DNA from: Heterodontus francisci
Taxonomy: Eukaryota
Assembly (NCBI RefSeq): GCF_036365525.1
Contig: NC_090384.1
Span: 55,797,895 to 55,861,894 of the forward strand
Length of the DNA: 64,000 nt
Reading direction: 5' to 3'
Shown: in pieces, positions 13,303 to 25,600 of the stretch
Numbering within the stretch: the first letter of the stretch is position 1
Layout of the letters: every line of letters starts with the position of its first letter
Notes under the pieces: generated by a model
The model's input: only the letters and a program-made list of their open reading frames with translations
Told to the model about the DNA's origin: nothing
The model's database searches: none
Program-made: the position numbers and the translations under genes

Positions 13303-14267
13303 TGCTACAACTGAGATGGGAGGAGCGCACTGTCTTTTCTAGTCCCACTTCTCCGCAGGTCACAACATATATTTTAAAAATGTTTACCCAGTTACCGATT
13401 CGGCCAATTGTATACTCTACTCTTTATCCCAGAATAAAATAGATTAACCAGGTTTCTTTAATAAACTGACTTTCTTTAATAAACTTTCTTTAATAAACAA
13501 AATTGTCAGTTTACTATCAAACATGACGTATCCAATAATGAAACAAAGCATTAATGTACAGATTGAAATATGAAATTTCCCTTTTTAAATTCCCAAAATA
13601 CACTCACACACATTCTGAAATAAAAATACATAAATTCACCCTGCGGAGGTTTGCAATAAACAAAACAATACTTTGGTTAAATACTTTAATTCTTGAAGAA
13701 AAAAAGAAGATATGGAAGAAAGCCAGTTGTCCATTTTGGTTTGGCATCTGGGTATTTGGAGACGAGTCACTGAGATCTTTTCTAAAGCAGTTCTTTTCAG
13801 GTGGCACTGAGAATTAATCTGACAGGTTTTTCCAGCTTTTCAGGAGAGATGCAATACCAGGGATTTTAGCTCTCCCACACTGGAGCGTTGCAGGGTTTCT
13901 TCAAAGAGGTAGAGAAAGAGGTAAGCTGGGTAGTTTCTTTTTCCTTGGCAGGCAAAACACCAACTGTCTTCAAAACAGATCACACCCCAACTGACTTGAA
14001 AACAATATCTTCCCCAAACAGAAAGTCAACCGCCTAATCTCCATAAACCTTCACATGTGGCTTCTCTGTAAACATCTTCCCCAAGTCATCAAGGTTTCTG
14101 TTGTTTATAGAGCTTAAAGCACATGATTTCCAGCACAGGTTGTTTTCAAACAACATCCCAAGTGTCCTTTCAGTGAACTTAGTAAAAGAAAAATCCATGG
14201 AATCGTTTCAGTTTTAACACAAGTCGTCAAAAAATAAAATATTAAAAAATGGAAGCATTTCATAACA
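13303..14267. mobile_element. Solo LTR
   Basis: TG...CA termini with 4-bp TSD CTAA (13299-13302 and 14268-14271); the flanks rejoin as CR1 sequence. Confidence 0.8.
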
Positions 14268-14367
14268 CTAAATCAAACTCAAAGTGGATAAAACCCCTGG
14301 TCCGGAAGGATTGCATCCATGCATTTTAAAATAATCTAGATAAAAGATTGCAGAGGCTTTGATTCGT

Positions 14368-15178
14368 GCAGGACACCGGGGATAACTCTCCTGCTATTCT
14401 TTTGAAATAGTGATGTGGTACATTTTACGTCCATCTAGAACGAGCAGAAGGGGCCTCAGTTTAATGATTCATCTGCAAGATGGCACTCCAAGGGCTGAAT
14501 TTAGTGGTGCTGGGAGGACCCCTGGCACCGAGCTGAAAAGGCGAAGGGGTGGGCGGAAATCCCACCTTGATCACTTGGACTGCCCCCAGGCATGATTCTG
14601 CAACACCAGGCCAATTTACAGCCCCAGTACCAGGATCCCCATCCCTTTAAAGAGAGGGATCCCACCTCCAAAAGCTGCCAGCATCTCAGATCGGCAGCAC
14701 CACCGGGAGCAGCGGCTACTGCCAGTACTGCAGGAGGCTTCAGACCTAGGCCCCGTGCTGGAGCCATAGAACGGAGGCCACAGGTTGCCCACAGAGCAGG
14801 GCCCTCCAAAAGCCCGCAGGGAGGATGCTTCGTTTTACAGGGTGACCTCCCCATAAGGCGGAAGCCCCTCCAGCAGTGGGTGGAAGAGGCTGTTAAGTGG
14901 CTGTTAATAGGCCTCTGAAGGGCCTCAATCAATTTTTGGGCGGGAAGGCCATCGTTGGCCTATCCCGCACCCAACTAAATTGCGGTGCAATGGGAAGGCA
15001 ATGGGCCCTCTGCTTCCTAGCCCACCAACAGAAAACCCATAAGATTCAGCCCCAACCGTGCAGCACTCCCGCAGTACTGCACTGGAATGTCAGTTTTGAT
15101 GTTTATGCTTAAGTCCTGGAATGAGATTTGAATTCATAACCGTCTGATTCACATGTGAGAATGCTACTAACTGAGCTA
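14368..15178 (-). mobile_element. SacSINE/Deu-SINE-like element split by a Harbinger MITE (14491-15052)
   Basis: tRNA-like head near 15178 on minus, similar to 28212-28615; MITE ends GGGCTGAATTT / AAGATTCAGCCC. Confidence 0.6.
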
Positions 15179-15438
15179 CTTTTAATTAAAGCTTTAATAA
15201 ATATGACAGCAACCACATGCTTAGGTAGCCAGGCTGGTTACAGGTCCAACTTCTTCCAGTCCGAAAAAGACAGAAGTAATTTTGTCTTAATTATTGGGAA
15301 CTGCCTGTAAGGTTCAAATGTCAAAAAAAAATGTAAAAAAATACTGAGTGCTGAAAAATCAGTCTTAAAATTGTCCGCAGTGCTGAAAGCAAATTTGCAC
15401 GCATAGGAATTATTGGAAGTTAATGTTTTTCAATATAT

Positions 15439-16091
15439 AGGCTGGAAATTTGCCACAATGGCATTTGGCCTTGGGGCCAAATGCGCGGGGGCCGAACCTG
15501 CTTTGGTGGGTGGCAGAACCCAGAGAGGCATTCTGCTCCCACGAATGGCCAGCCTAATCAGAGGGCTGGCAGCTCAGCACCGCCACTGCTAGTGCTGGCC
15601 ATTGCTGAGGCTGCAGCTGCTCAATGGCCAAGGCGCCCTCGAATTTGGGTAAGTATCCTTGGGGGACTCCGGAGCCAAGCAGGTAGAACCCAGCAATTGG
15701 TGGGGGAGGGAGGGTGCGGTTGTGAGGAACAGGTGGCACCATTACTGCTGGGGCAGCTCCTCTGTGGACCATGGAATGCCCAAAAAGGAGGCCTCCCCCC
15801 ACCCCCCAACCCCGGAGCCCACTGGATGGTCTCCCCATGTGGTGGCAAGCCCTGCAACCACCCACCCCCAGACATAGGCAAAATGCCCACAAAGGTGGCA
15901 AGTGACCCTTAATTGGTCACTTAAGTGGCTCAGTTGTGCTCCGGATGGGCGGCTCGTTTATCACCTTTCCTGTTGCTGGCAAAATGGCATGGCGGCACCC
16001 CCCCCCCCCACCCCTTGGAGTCCTTATGGCATCATTTTGCCAGCCTTCCTGCCTCCCAGCTTGTCGCCAGAGGGCTGGTAAAATTCAGCCC
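15439..16091. mobile_element. Harbinger-type MITE
   Basis: Ends GGCTGGAAATTT / AAAATTCAGCCC. Confidence 0.6.
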
Positions 16092-16289
16092 ACATTTTTA
16101 GTCCCATTTATCTTCCAAATAATCATACCACTTCAATATTTGAAAATATCACCTTTACAAATTAAGCGACGTGCGAATTCTAACATAAGCCTTTATAATA
16201 AGATTCACTTATGGATCCTGAAACAACCTACATTTACAGTAGCTTTTTAATTCGATGTATTGTGATCAAGTGAAAAGCTGAACTTACCA

Positions 16290-16606
16290 TCAAAACTGAA
16301 GCAGGAAACTGCGTTCTGTAGGTGATATGTTTGAACTTATTCGAGTAACTTTAATCCTATATTCCATTTGATCATCATCAGCACTTGCAGTGAAAGTTAA
16401 CTCTGTGAACTTGAAATATGTGTTCTCGATGGATTCTTCTATAGTCACTCCAAGTTTGTCATTTGTCTCTAATATTGCTTCACCTCGGTACCATTCTACA
16501 TTAATATCTTTTGGAAAATATGCACATATATTAGAGCATAAAGTCACCTCCTCTCCTTCTGTAGGGGCTGAACAGCAAACGATATTTGGTACAATAGGAG
16601 GGGTTC
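16290..16606 (-). CDS. NCR3LG1-like: Exon 8: post-TM C1-like Ig domain 4, ending in TGA
   Basis: Acceptor aatttcag|[44 protein letters not shown]...[13 protein letters not shown]...FLLQF*. TGA at 16292-16290, then a GTAAGT donor starting at 16287. Confidence 0.85.
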
Positions 16607-19600
16607 CTGAAATTAAGTGGGAAAGACAAGTTTAGCCATGCAAAAAATTAATTTGTGTACTAGCTTTGCACACATTTATTTTTAAAGTACTTTTATACCT
16701 AACATTCACTCACCATTGCTTTCACTTTGTAATTCTTACAATTACCCACAAATTGTTTTTTTTTTCACTGTAATCAGATTATTAACCCTTAGATTAACAG
16801 GAGCTCCAGGAATTTCAGGCTCCCCAGGGCCAACAACCACTGTTATGAACAAGTCCTTAGCTCACATATTCATATTGCAGTAATAAAGCAATCACATTGG
16901 ACTGTGGCTACTTTAAGAAAATAATTTTTTCTGCTTCTGTAGCCACTGTCTATTGTGGAAGAGAGTTCCATGGGACGGGCCACCCTCCAATAATTCAACT
17001 AAGTGGCTATTCTACACAAGTGCACAAAGACAAAATGCAGCAATCTATTCAACAGAGGAGGGCATCACGTTCAAGCCTGGTCATGTCCTGACCCAATGTC
17101 TACATATGTACATTTGTGAGCCGAGTCACTGGATAGTGACTAGGAGCAGTAGCTCTCACTGATTTTCCCTTCTGTAATCCAGGTGCACTGAGGCAGATTG
17201 AAGTGCCCAGTTGCTGAACCTAGCACAGATCACAGATTGAACTTGGGCCTTCTGGTCTCTATGCCTTAGCATTATCTAGAACAGCGCCTTTATCAACTGG
17301 GCCATCAAAGGAAAAGTCAGGAAGTAGCTTTAATGTTGCGAGAATAACACTATACTACAAAATATTACGGCACAAAATTGGATGTGTAGCACCCATTTTT
17401 TGGGCACTATAGTGCCCTTACAGATCCAATGTGGTATCCACAGTGAACGCACACACCTCTGCTGTGAGCCGCACCAGACGCCATATTGATGAGAACATTA
17501 GCACGTTTGCAGTGAGACCACTGGAAGTATGCAGAGTAAGCAGATACTAACGTCAATCAGCGTGCAATACAGATTTGACACGAACGTTGCCATTTTGGCA
17601 CTCAATGCTCCAGCTAACACCCTCTTTTAACCTCAAACAGTTGAACATGTGTCCAGCAGCAGGAAGAACGGCACCCCCACCATCCCCCCACCCCGCCCAA
17701 CAATGACAATTTAAAGGTATAATCAACTACTTTCACATTAGTTACTGATTCATTGCAACAGATTCTTGCTACAATTGTGCAAATCTATGGTGCTTTCTAG
17801 TGTTCTTTAAAATTACTAAAGTCTACAGAAGTGGTGTGGCAGAAGGCATTCTGCTTGGAATACAGCATGACTGGCAGAATAAGCAGAGGCCAGACAGAGC
17901 AGTGCAAGCTGCTAGCAAAGTAGAAGGAGGGGGAGAAGGAGGCCATATCCGGCCAGTGTGTTCAGGCAGCAAATCTCCTACCTGAACCTGAGCAAAAAAC
18001 AATATAAGACATCTGTAGTTCACTGAAGACATTCTCACTGTAATGCATCACCTGCTGCAGCCACATCTACAACCTCAGAGGAGGCCAAGGGCCACGTTGC
18101 CAGTGGCTGCGAATTTGACTGTGGCCATGAACCTTTAGGGGTCTAACTCCTTCCAGGCTAGAGCAGGAGATATTTGCAACATCGCATAGTTTGCTGTCCA
18201 CTTTTGCATAAGGGAGGTCACTGACGCTCTCTATTCAAAGACAGCTGATTACATTCCATTCTCTCCTGTCAATAAGCAGCACGCAGAGCAAGCGCACAGC
18301 TTGACAAGGATTGCAGGCTTCCTCATGGAGAAGGACTAGACCATCTGCATGCAGATCACTTTGCCGCAAGTTAACTCACATGTTCCGCAACCGAAAGGGA
18401 TTCCACTCCCTGCACGTCCAGTTGGTGTGTGACCATCAACAGCGAATCATGCAGTTCAATGCCCAGTATCCTGGCATCCATCATGATACCTTGATTCTGC
18501 AGCAGTCCACTGTGCCATTTGTGCAACCACAACAAACTAAAGAGTAGCTACTGAATGACAGGCCTATCTGTTGACAACATAGTTAGTGACTCCGGTGCAC
18601 AACTCAAGCATACAAAGGCAGCCTGCATATAATGAATGCCATGCTGTCACATAACATGTGGTGGAGCAGATCATTGGCATGCTGAAATAAAGCATCTGCT
18701 TCCTGGACCACACGAGAGGGGTCCCGCAGTACTCAGCAGAGCAGGTGTCAAGATTCATGGTTGTCTGTTGTATGTTCACAACCTTGCCGTCATGACAGCA
18801 CTGCCCTTGCCACCAGCTATTCAAAGAACAAAGAACAAAGCAGGGGAGGGGGAAGAGGGCGACCTAGATGGACCCTTTCTGGACAGGCTGCCCATGAACA
18901 ACACATCTGACTGGTACCTTTAGATTAGATTAGAGATACAGCACTGAAACAGGCCCTTCGGCCCACCGAGTCTGTGCCGACCATCAACCACCCATTTATA
19001 CTAATCCTACACTAATCCCATATTCCTACCAAACATCCCCACCTGCCCCTGTATTTCCCTACCACCTACCTATACTAGTGACAATTTATAATGGCCAATT
19101 TACCTATCAACCTGCAAGTATTTTGGCTGTGGGAGGAAACCGGAGCACCCGGAGAAAACCCACGCAGACACAGGGAGAACTTGCAAACTCCACACAGGCA
19201 GTACCCAGAATCGAACCCGGGTCCCTGGAGCTGTGAGGCTGCGGTGCTAACCACTGCGCCACTGTGTCGCCCTTCCAATAGAAGCAACCCTAATTCCCCC
19301 ATTCAATAACGATCCCACACCTTCCCTTCTCTCTGTTGTTGGCTATTACTGTGTCTGCTTGGCCACAATGCAAAAATAAAGCTCAACACAAAATAAACAT
19401 TCCAAACCAAGTTTAAAAATTAAAACATGCTATATTGCATAGAAACATAAATAATCACCCTTGTACATTCCCTTGGTGCCTGTTTTGCATGTGTCTTTGC
19501 CTGTCCTAGTGCTCCTTCATAATGTTACCCCATTGGCTGCAGAATGGCTGATGAAAGGCTGCTGACAGCCTTGCAGGAGGACCTCAAGCACCTCTGAGAG

Positions 19601-22600
19601 TGGAAGATCTAGCTTCAGACTGCACCATCTCAACATGCATGGCAGCAGCCTTGGGGGGCTGGCTGATAGGCAACAGCCAGGATGGTATGGCAGCAGACGG
19701 AGCACAAATGCTGTCATTTTGAGAGAGATCAACAGGCTTATGCTCCTCGGTGCCACTCCCATTACCCCGGGGTGGCAATTCTGCAATTCCAGTAAAATCT
19801 GTTGGAGGGCAGATTGCTGGACTGCTGTGTTATCCTGCAAGCTCTTTACAATGCTGGGATCCATAACCATGATGGCAACAGGCTCACCTTGCATGACAGA
19901 CGTTTAAGCTTCCACTGTAGCACCCAGACATTGGGCGGCTTCTGCTTTTGCTGCAATGGAAGCTGTGTCATTGGCCACCAGACATTGCACAATGACTGGG
20001 TGTCAATGGAGGTGGCCACCACTTCCAAGTTGGGAAGGATGGGCTCCAGGTTCTGTGCCATGTGCAAAATTGGTGCTGGACTCCTCCATGCTCCTTGACA
20101 CCCTACCCAAGCTTTCTGGTAGGCTTGCCAATGTACCAATCATTTCATTGTGCATATCCATCAGCCTTCTTTTGTAGCCTGCTCCATTTCAATGCTCATC
20201 TGAGTTCTCTGTAGCAGAACTCATACGCGACCTCGCCTCTGCGGAGCCAGCATCTGCGTTACCCTTGCCCTAGTCTTACCATTCATGCCAGGTGTCTCAC
20301 CACATTCAGATCTCTCAGCTACCTTCTAAGCATGCACAATGTCAGTATCTGAGCTGGAGGCTGTGAGTGTAAGATCAAGTGAGGGTGTTCATCATCACTG
20401 CTGTTGCACCACTGCCTGGCCAGGCGGCAGTTCTCGGACATTTATAAAGACAAAGGCACAAGGATACGCTTCTGATGAAGGGTCGTCAACTTGAAACGTT
20501 AGCTCTGTTTCTCTCTCTTTAGATGTTGCCTAACCTGCTAAGTATTTCCAGCATTTTCTGTTTTTATTTCAGATTTCCAGCATCCATAGTATTTTGCTTT
20601 TGCACAAGGATATGTTTGTGGTGAAGGGCTGGGATGGACGGTAGGGGCATAAAGAGTAAGGGATGCATACTTACACTATCTGCAGCTTCAAAATTAGAAA
20701 AGGCTGTGGGATGAGAGGGGTGTGAGGAGGAGGAGGATTAGGTATTATGATACTACCATCTTCTATTATTTCAGCCCTGCTGCTGTCTACGGTCTCATCA
20801 ATGGATATTCCAATAATGGCCAGCACCATCTCCTCCATGATGATGAGTACATGCAGGCTTGCCTATCCCCTATGGGTAGCATCTGCTGTCTCTGGTTTTG
20901 TGCCACCTTCTCCTGCAAGAGAGAGGGATGTGTGTCAGTGTGTCTGATGCAATCCATAGCTGTCATGGTTAAATAACTGGCAACATGTGCAAGCTCTGTG
21001 AGATATGGGTGTGAGACTTGCAGCAGTAGTAAGTGTGTGAGGGTGAGGTGAAGTTATGACTGTTAGGATGTTAGGTATGAGTCCCAGTTGGTACAGATTG
21101 TTGTAAGTGAATTGAGTAGGGTCTGTGCTTAGGAGTGCAGTGGTGGAAATGGTACTTGAAGAAGCACTCAAAGATCTTAACCACTTCTGTGAGGTCATTG
21201 AACTCTTTGCAGCACTGCATCCAGGCCTTTGTGGATTGACTCCCATGGCTATCTGGTCCCACAGCCTTCTGAGAGTTAGTCTGGAGGGCCTCCTGACCCC
21301 TTACTGATAGAGCACATCACTCCTCCTCTGCATCTCCTCAACCAAGGCCCCCAGAGCAGCATCTGAAAATCTTGGAAACCACTCTCTCCCATGTTGTGCT
21401 ATCCTTTTATCGTTCCCAGGTCAGAATCAGTTATAGAATGATTACCAGCATCTACACCAACCGCAATGCTTCTCCCCTTTAAGAGGTGCAAGTTAGCTTT
21501 AAGTAGTGCAGGCTAGTTTAACTGGTGCTAGTGTCTCACGATTTTGCCCCACTCCGCACTCTCCACCGTGCTGAAGCATACAGCCACTCAACGGCATGGA
21601 AATTTTCCATTAAGAAATTGTTCAACATGGCCTGTTCAATTGCCCCTTCCCACCCCCACTCATGCGGCCAACTCCATTTGCCTTTTTTTCCTGTGCACCT
21701 CTGTATCTGCTATATACACATTATACCCTGCTTTCATTTCACTCATTAGTATTTCATCTTCAAGGAGGTGAAGGAAATTAGTGCTGGAGTACTTCCATGT
21801 GGAGATTTGTAGGGTTATAATGCACAGCCAAGTTCCTAATAATGTGTCCAAAACCCAAACTCAAAATAGCACCTGGTACTCACCAGTGTGATATTATTCT
21901 ATGTTCACCACCCCCTCCACAAACCACCCCCACCCCCACCATTATCCTGTGCCCTTTCTGATTGCCAATCTAGTACCAGTGAAGAATTATGAATAGTCCC
22001 TACACTTTGGGCTTATGGTCATGAGGAACTGAGTTTGGACTACCACTTATTGTATATAAAAGGCAGCCATGAGCAACAAAGGATACTTTCAACTTATCTG
22101 TCAAGGTTGCATTTGTACCCAAGGTAAAAGTTTAATATATATTCCACTACATCATTCTATTAAATGCCTATTGTTATCATCAAGAAATATCAAAAGATGT
22201 TGCGACTGATTTTTACGACCTCGTCCCTCAGGAAAGAACCATTACCCTGGCAAAATGTTGGGAAAAAAGGGGCAGAGATCCATTACACTTGATCTCTTCT
22301 CCTTTTATGTTGCCCTCGCGATTCCAGGCCTAATACTGGGATGGGAAGAGGTGAGGTGGAGATTGGCCTATAGCTAAGTTCACATGTAAATGAGGCCAGA
22401 GAGAGAGTGTTCCTGCTCCACTGACTATTTTCTGCTATGACATCCATGAGGCACTCAGCTGCAAAGGTACCGAAGAAGCTTATGGTGAGCTTGCACTGAA
22501 ATTCTGATGGAGGTCCTGCAGCACACCACTGGATTCCTCAAGGTAAGGAAACTACTAGTGACCCACCAGATCTTCAAACCTTCGAGGCTTCCAACTGCTG

Positions 22601-25600
22601 CTTCCCACTAAGAGCCAGAGGCCCAAAGGCTGCTAACCAGACTTGAGTTAATCCCCACATTTGTCCTCCCAGGAATAGGCTTGTTCCATAGGTGCAACTT
22701 CGAAACTTAAATAGCCCAGAACACCAAATCATCTGTACAGCAGTCTTAACAGGCATAGCACACTTCAGGTACACGGCTCCTATCCAACATTGGAGCAGAG
22801 GGGGTTAATAAAATCGATCCCGTCATCTCTTCCAACCCAACACCATGCTTCCCTTACACATATTCAAATTGCAAAATCAGGACCAATGAATATTATGAAT
22901 AGATCCAACTGTATCTCAGATATCTAAGATAGAGCAAACAACTGAAAATTACCCCTTACCTTTTAGATCAAGTAGAAAATTTCGCTCAGTAGGCTTCATG
23001 GCTATCTGTGGATAAGCAACTTTTATCCTATATATGACTTGATCATCATCAGGGATTGGAATCAAGGTTAGCTTTGCTATCTTGAACAGTCCTTGCTCAC
23101 TGACCAATTCTTCCATGCTTATTCCATATTTATCACTATTTTTGATTATTTTCTCCCCTCTGAACCACTGAACTTCTATCTCTTTTGGAAAGAACATACT
23201 TATGGTACTGTGGAGAGTTGATTTCTGGTTTGGTTGAGGGTTAGAGGTGAAAGCAATTTCTGATACTAAAGGATGGAGCACTGAAATAAAAGAATGAGAA
23301 ACAGTGATGGAGTGAGAAACTACACAAGGAATATTGAAGGCACTTTTAATTAGTCATAATTTTAAACCATCAATATTGTCAAAAAATACAGGAAATATTA
23401 TATTCACTCTCATGGCTGATTCAAACATCTCTCAATATCCAAGAAATTAACTGCAGAAATTCACTGTTATAGTTCTCCAACTATATGTAAAGATTTAATT
23501 ATTATAGTGTAGTGACCACCTGAAAACTTTCTCTTACCTTGAAGGTTAAACTGGAACATCCGTTCAATTGGTGTTGAGGATAGTCTTCTATGAATAACTT
23601 GTATTCTGTATTCAATCTGATCATCATCAGTGGCTGGAGTGAATGTTAATTTCGCTGTAATGCTTAGGCCATCATTGGAAATGGACTCTTCCCTGATCAC
23701 TTTATCTCCTTTGGACTGTTCTATTGTTTCCTTACCTCTATACCATTCAAACTCAATCTCCTTTGGAAAGTATGTATGCACACAACAGGACAAAGTTACT
23801 CTACTTCCTGGTTTAGGATCAGGACTGCAGGTGATTTCTGATACAGAAGGTGGTAATACATGTACTGCAAAACACAAATGAATAATCACGTAATCAAGGT
23901 GATACACTGCCCAGAGGTTTTCTCACTATATTTTGAAATAAATATATACCTCATGTTCAATACAATCACCAGTAATAGTCTACTTTTTCAAGATGTTAAA
24001 TTAAAACCACTAAATGGAAGGAAAACAATGTCTAAATGCCTTTCCAGTTTTCAAACGCAATCCATGCTGGTGGTATAAAATTTTGCATCATTTTCGAGGT
24101 TTTCTTTGGTTTCATTCTGACTTTTTCTCCAGTATATTTTGGTCATTTGCAGACTTCATCATTCCTATATTTTTCTCTCCTGCACCAAGGCTTTACCCTC
24201 ACCTTTACCTTCTTTCTCTTTATTGCTTGAATGTGAAATTGCAATCAAACAAAACCATATATTGTTCTTAAAAGGTACTTCGACATATAAAGGATCATGT
24301 GAACCCAGAAATTACTATTCCCAATATTAACTGATCAATGCTTAATGCATTTGGATGGCATTCTTCTGACTGCTATTTTAATCTAAGTATTAACCTGTCT
24401 ATTTTAAATAAATTAATATCTTTGACAATATAGCAGGCAAGGGAACATTATATAAATATAACAGTACACCTATTAACAATCACCAATCATAATTTTTGGG
24501 CTTTACTTCTTAATGACACACTAATGTGATTTTATAAAAGTTCATGTTAACTGTTAACCCACGAAAGAAGCTCTAGTAAAAGGTCAGCACAATATGATTT
24601 ATTTTACAAATTTGTGCCAATGCCATACATGAGGAACAAACCAAATGTACAGAAAAGGCCAAACAAATGGTAGCAACACAAGAAAAATCTTAAAGCACAA
24701 CTTTGGGAATAATTAAAATATCTTGTTCTTTCAAAAGTGTAGGTTAATATAATACCAATCATTTTCTACTTAATTAAGATAATTCACAATACATATCCTT
24801 CTTTCAGTCTTTACTTTCTGCCTGATATGTGAAAAATAGAATATTTCAAACATTAATGTTATCAGTTTGAAAATGCACAAATACTAGATGTAACCACAGC
24901 CAGTTTCTCACCCATTACTCTGACTCAATATTTTTCCAAACAAAAATGCACATGCAACATTAACTCACACCCAGTACATTCTTTGTACTCGAGAATATTA
25001 TGAATGGGCCCTGAAACTCATTTTATAGCAAGGTCTTTATCTTGCAATCTACTAGCTGCAACATATATGCTTAAATATGCTACATTTTGGACAATTTCAC
25101 TCATTGTTTTTAGAATTTTACTTAATATAAATTGTTGTCAGAATATTCAACATAATCACAATATAAATTAATCTCATACTACCGAAAACAGTTCATAAAA
25201 ATTACCACTAATAAATACTTCTCACACTGTGCATACAAATTTCCTGAAGCCAAAGTTTCTTAGCCACAAGATCCACTCATGATTCCTATTATGACTTCAA
25301 AAGTCTAAATACTCTACTGTAATGGAACCAAAGGAAAATGTCACCTTTACCCTGCAGCATTAGCTTCAAACTGCGTTTAACAGGTATTGTCGATACCCGC
25401 GGATGAGTAACTTTGATGCTGTATTCCACCTGGTTGTCATCCAAGACAGGAATGAAAGTTGCTTTTGCAGTTATATTGGACAATCCACCTTCAGAAAATC
25501 CCTCTTCCATCACCATTCCAAAGTTAACTCCATTTATGATTTTCACTTTGCCTCTGTACCACTCAGTCTCAACCTCTTCTGCAAACAATGTATTTATGGT

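Larger units (their letters stand above)
11660..14365 (+). mobile_element. CR1-type LINE endonuclease region, interrupted by a SINE and a solo LTR
   Basis: DILGITE, FRKDR...GGGVAV, YRPP-like, LLDLV, DHNIIRF, and K(T)PGPEGLHP resuming at 14290. Confidence 0.8.
17369..21609. mobile_element. Decayed PIF/Harbinger transposon (transposase on +, Myb/SANT protein on -), with SINE and hammerhead-repeat insertions
   Basis: [15 protein letters not shown]...AQYPGIHHD at 18311-18547; minus strand [17 protein letters not shown] and [11 protein letters not shown] near 21150-21390. Ends approximate. Confidence 0.75.
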
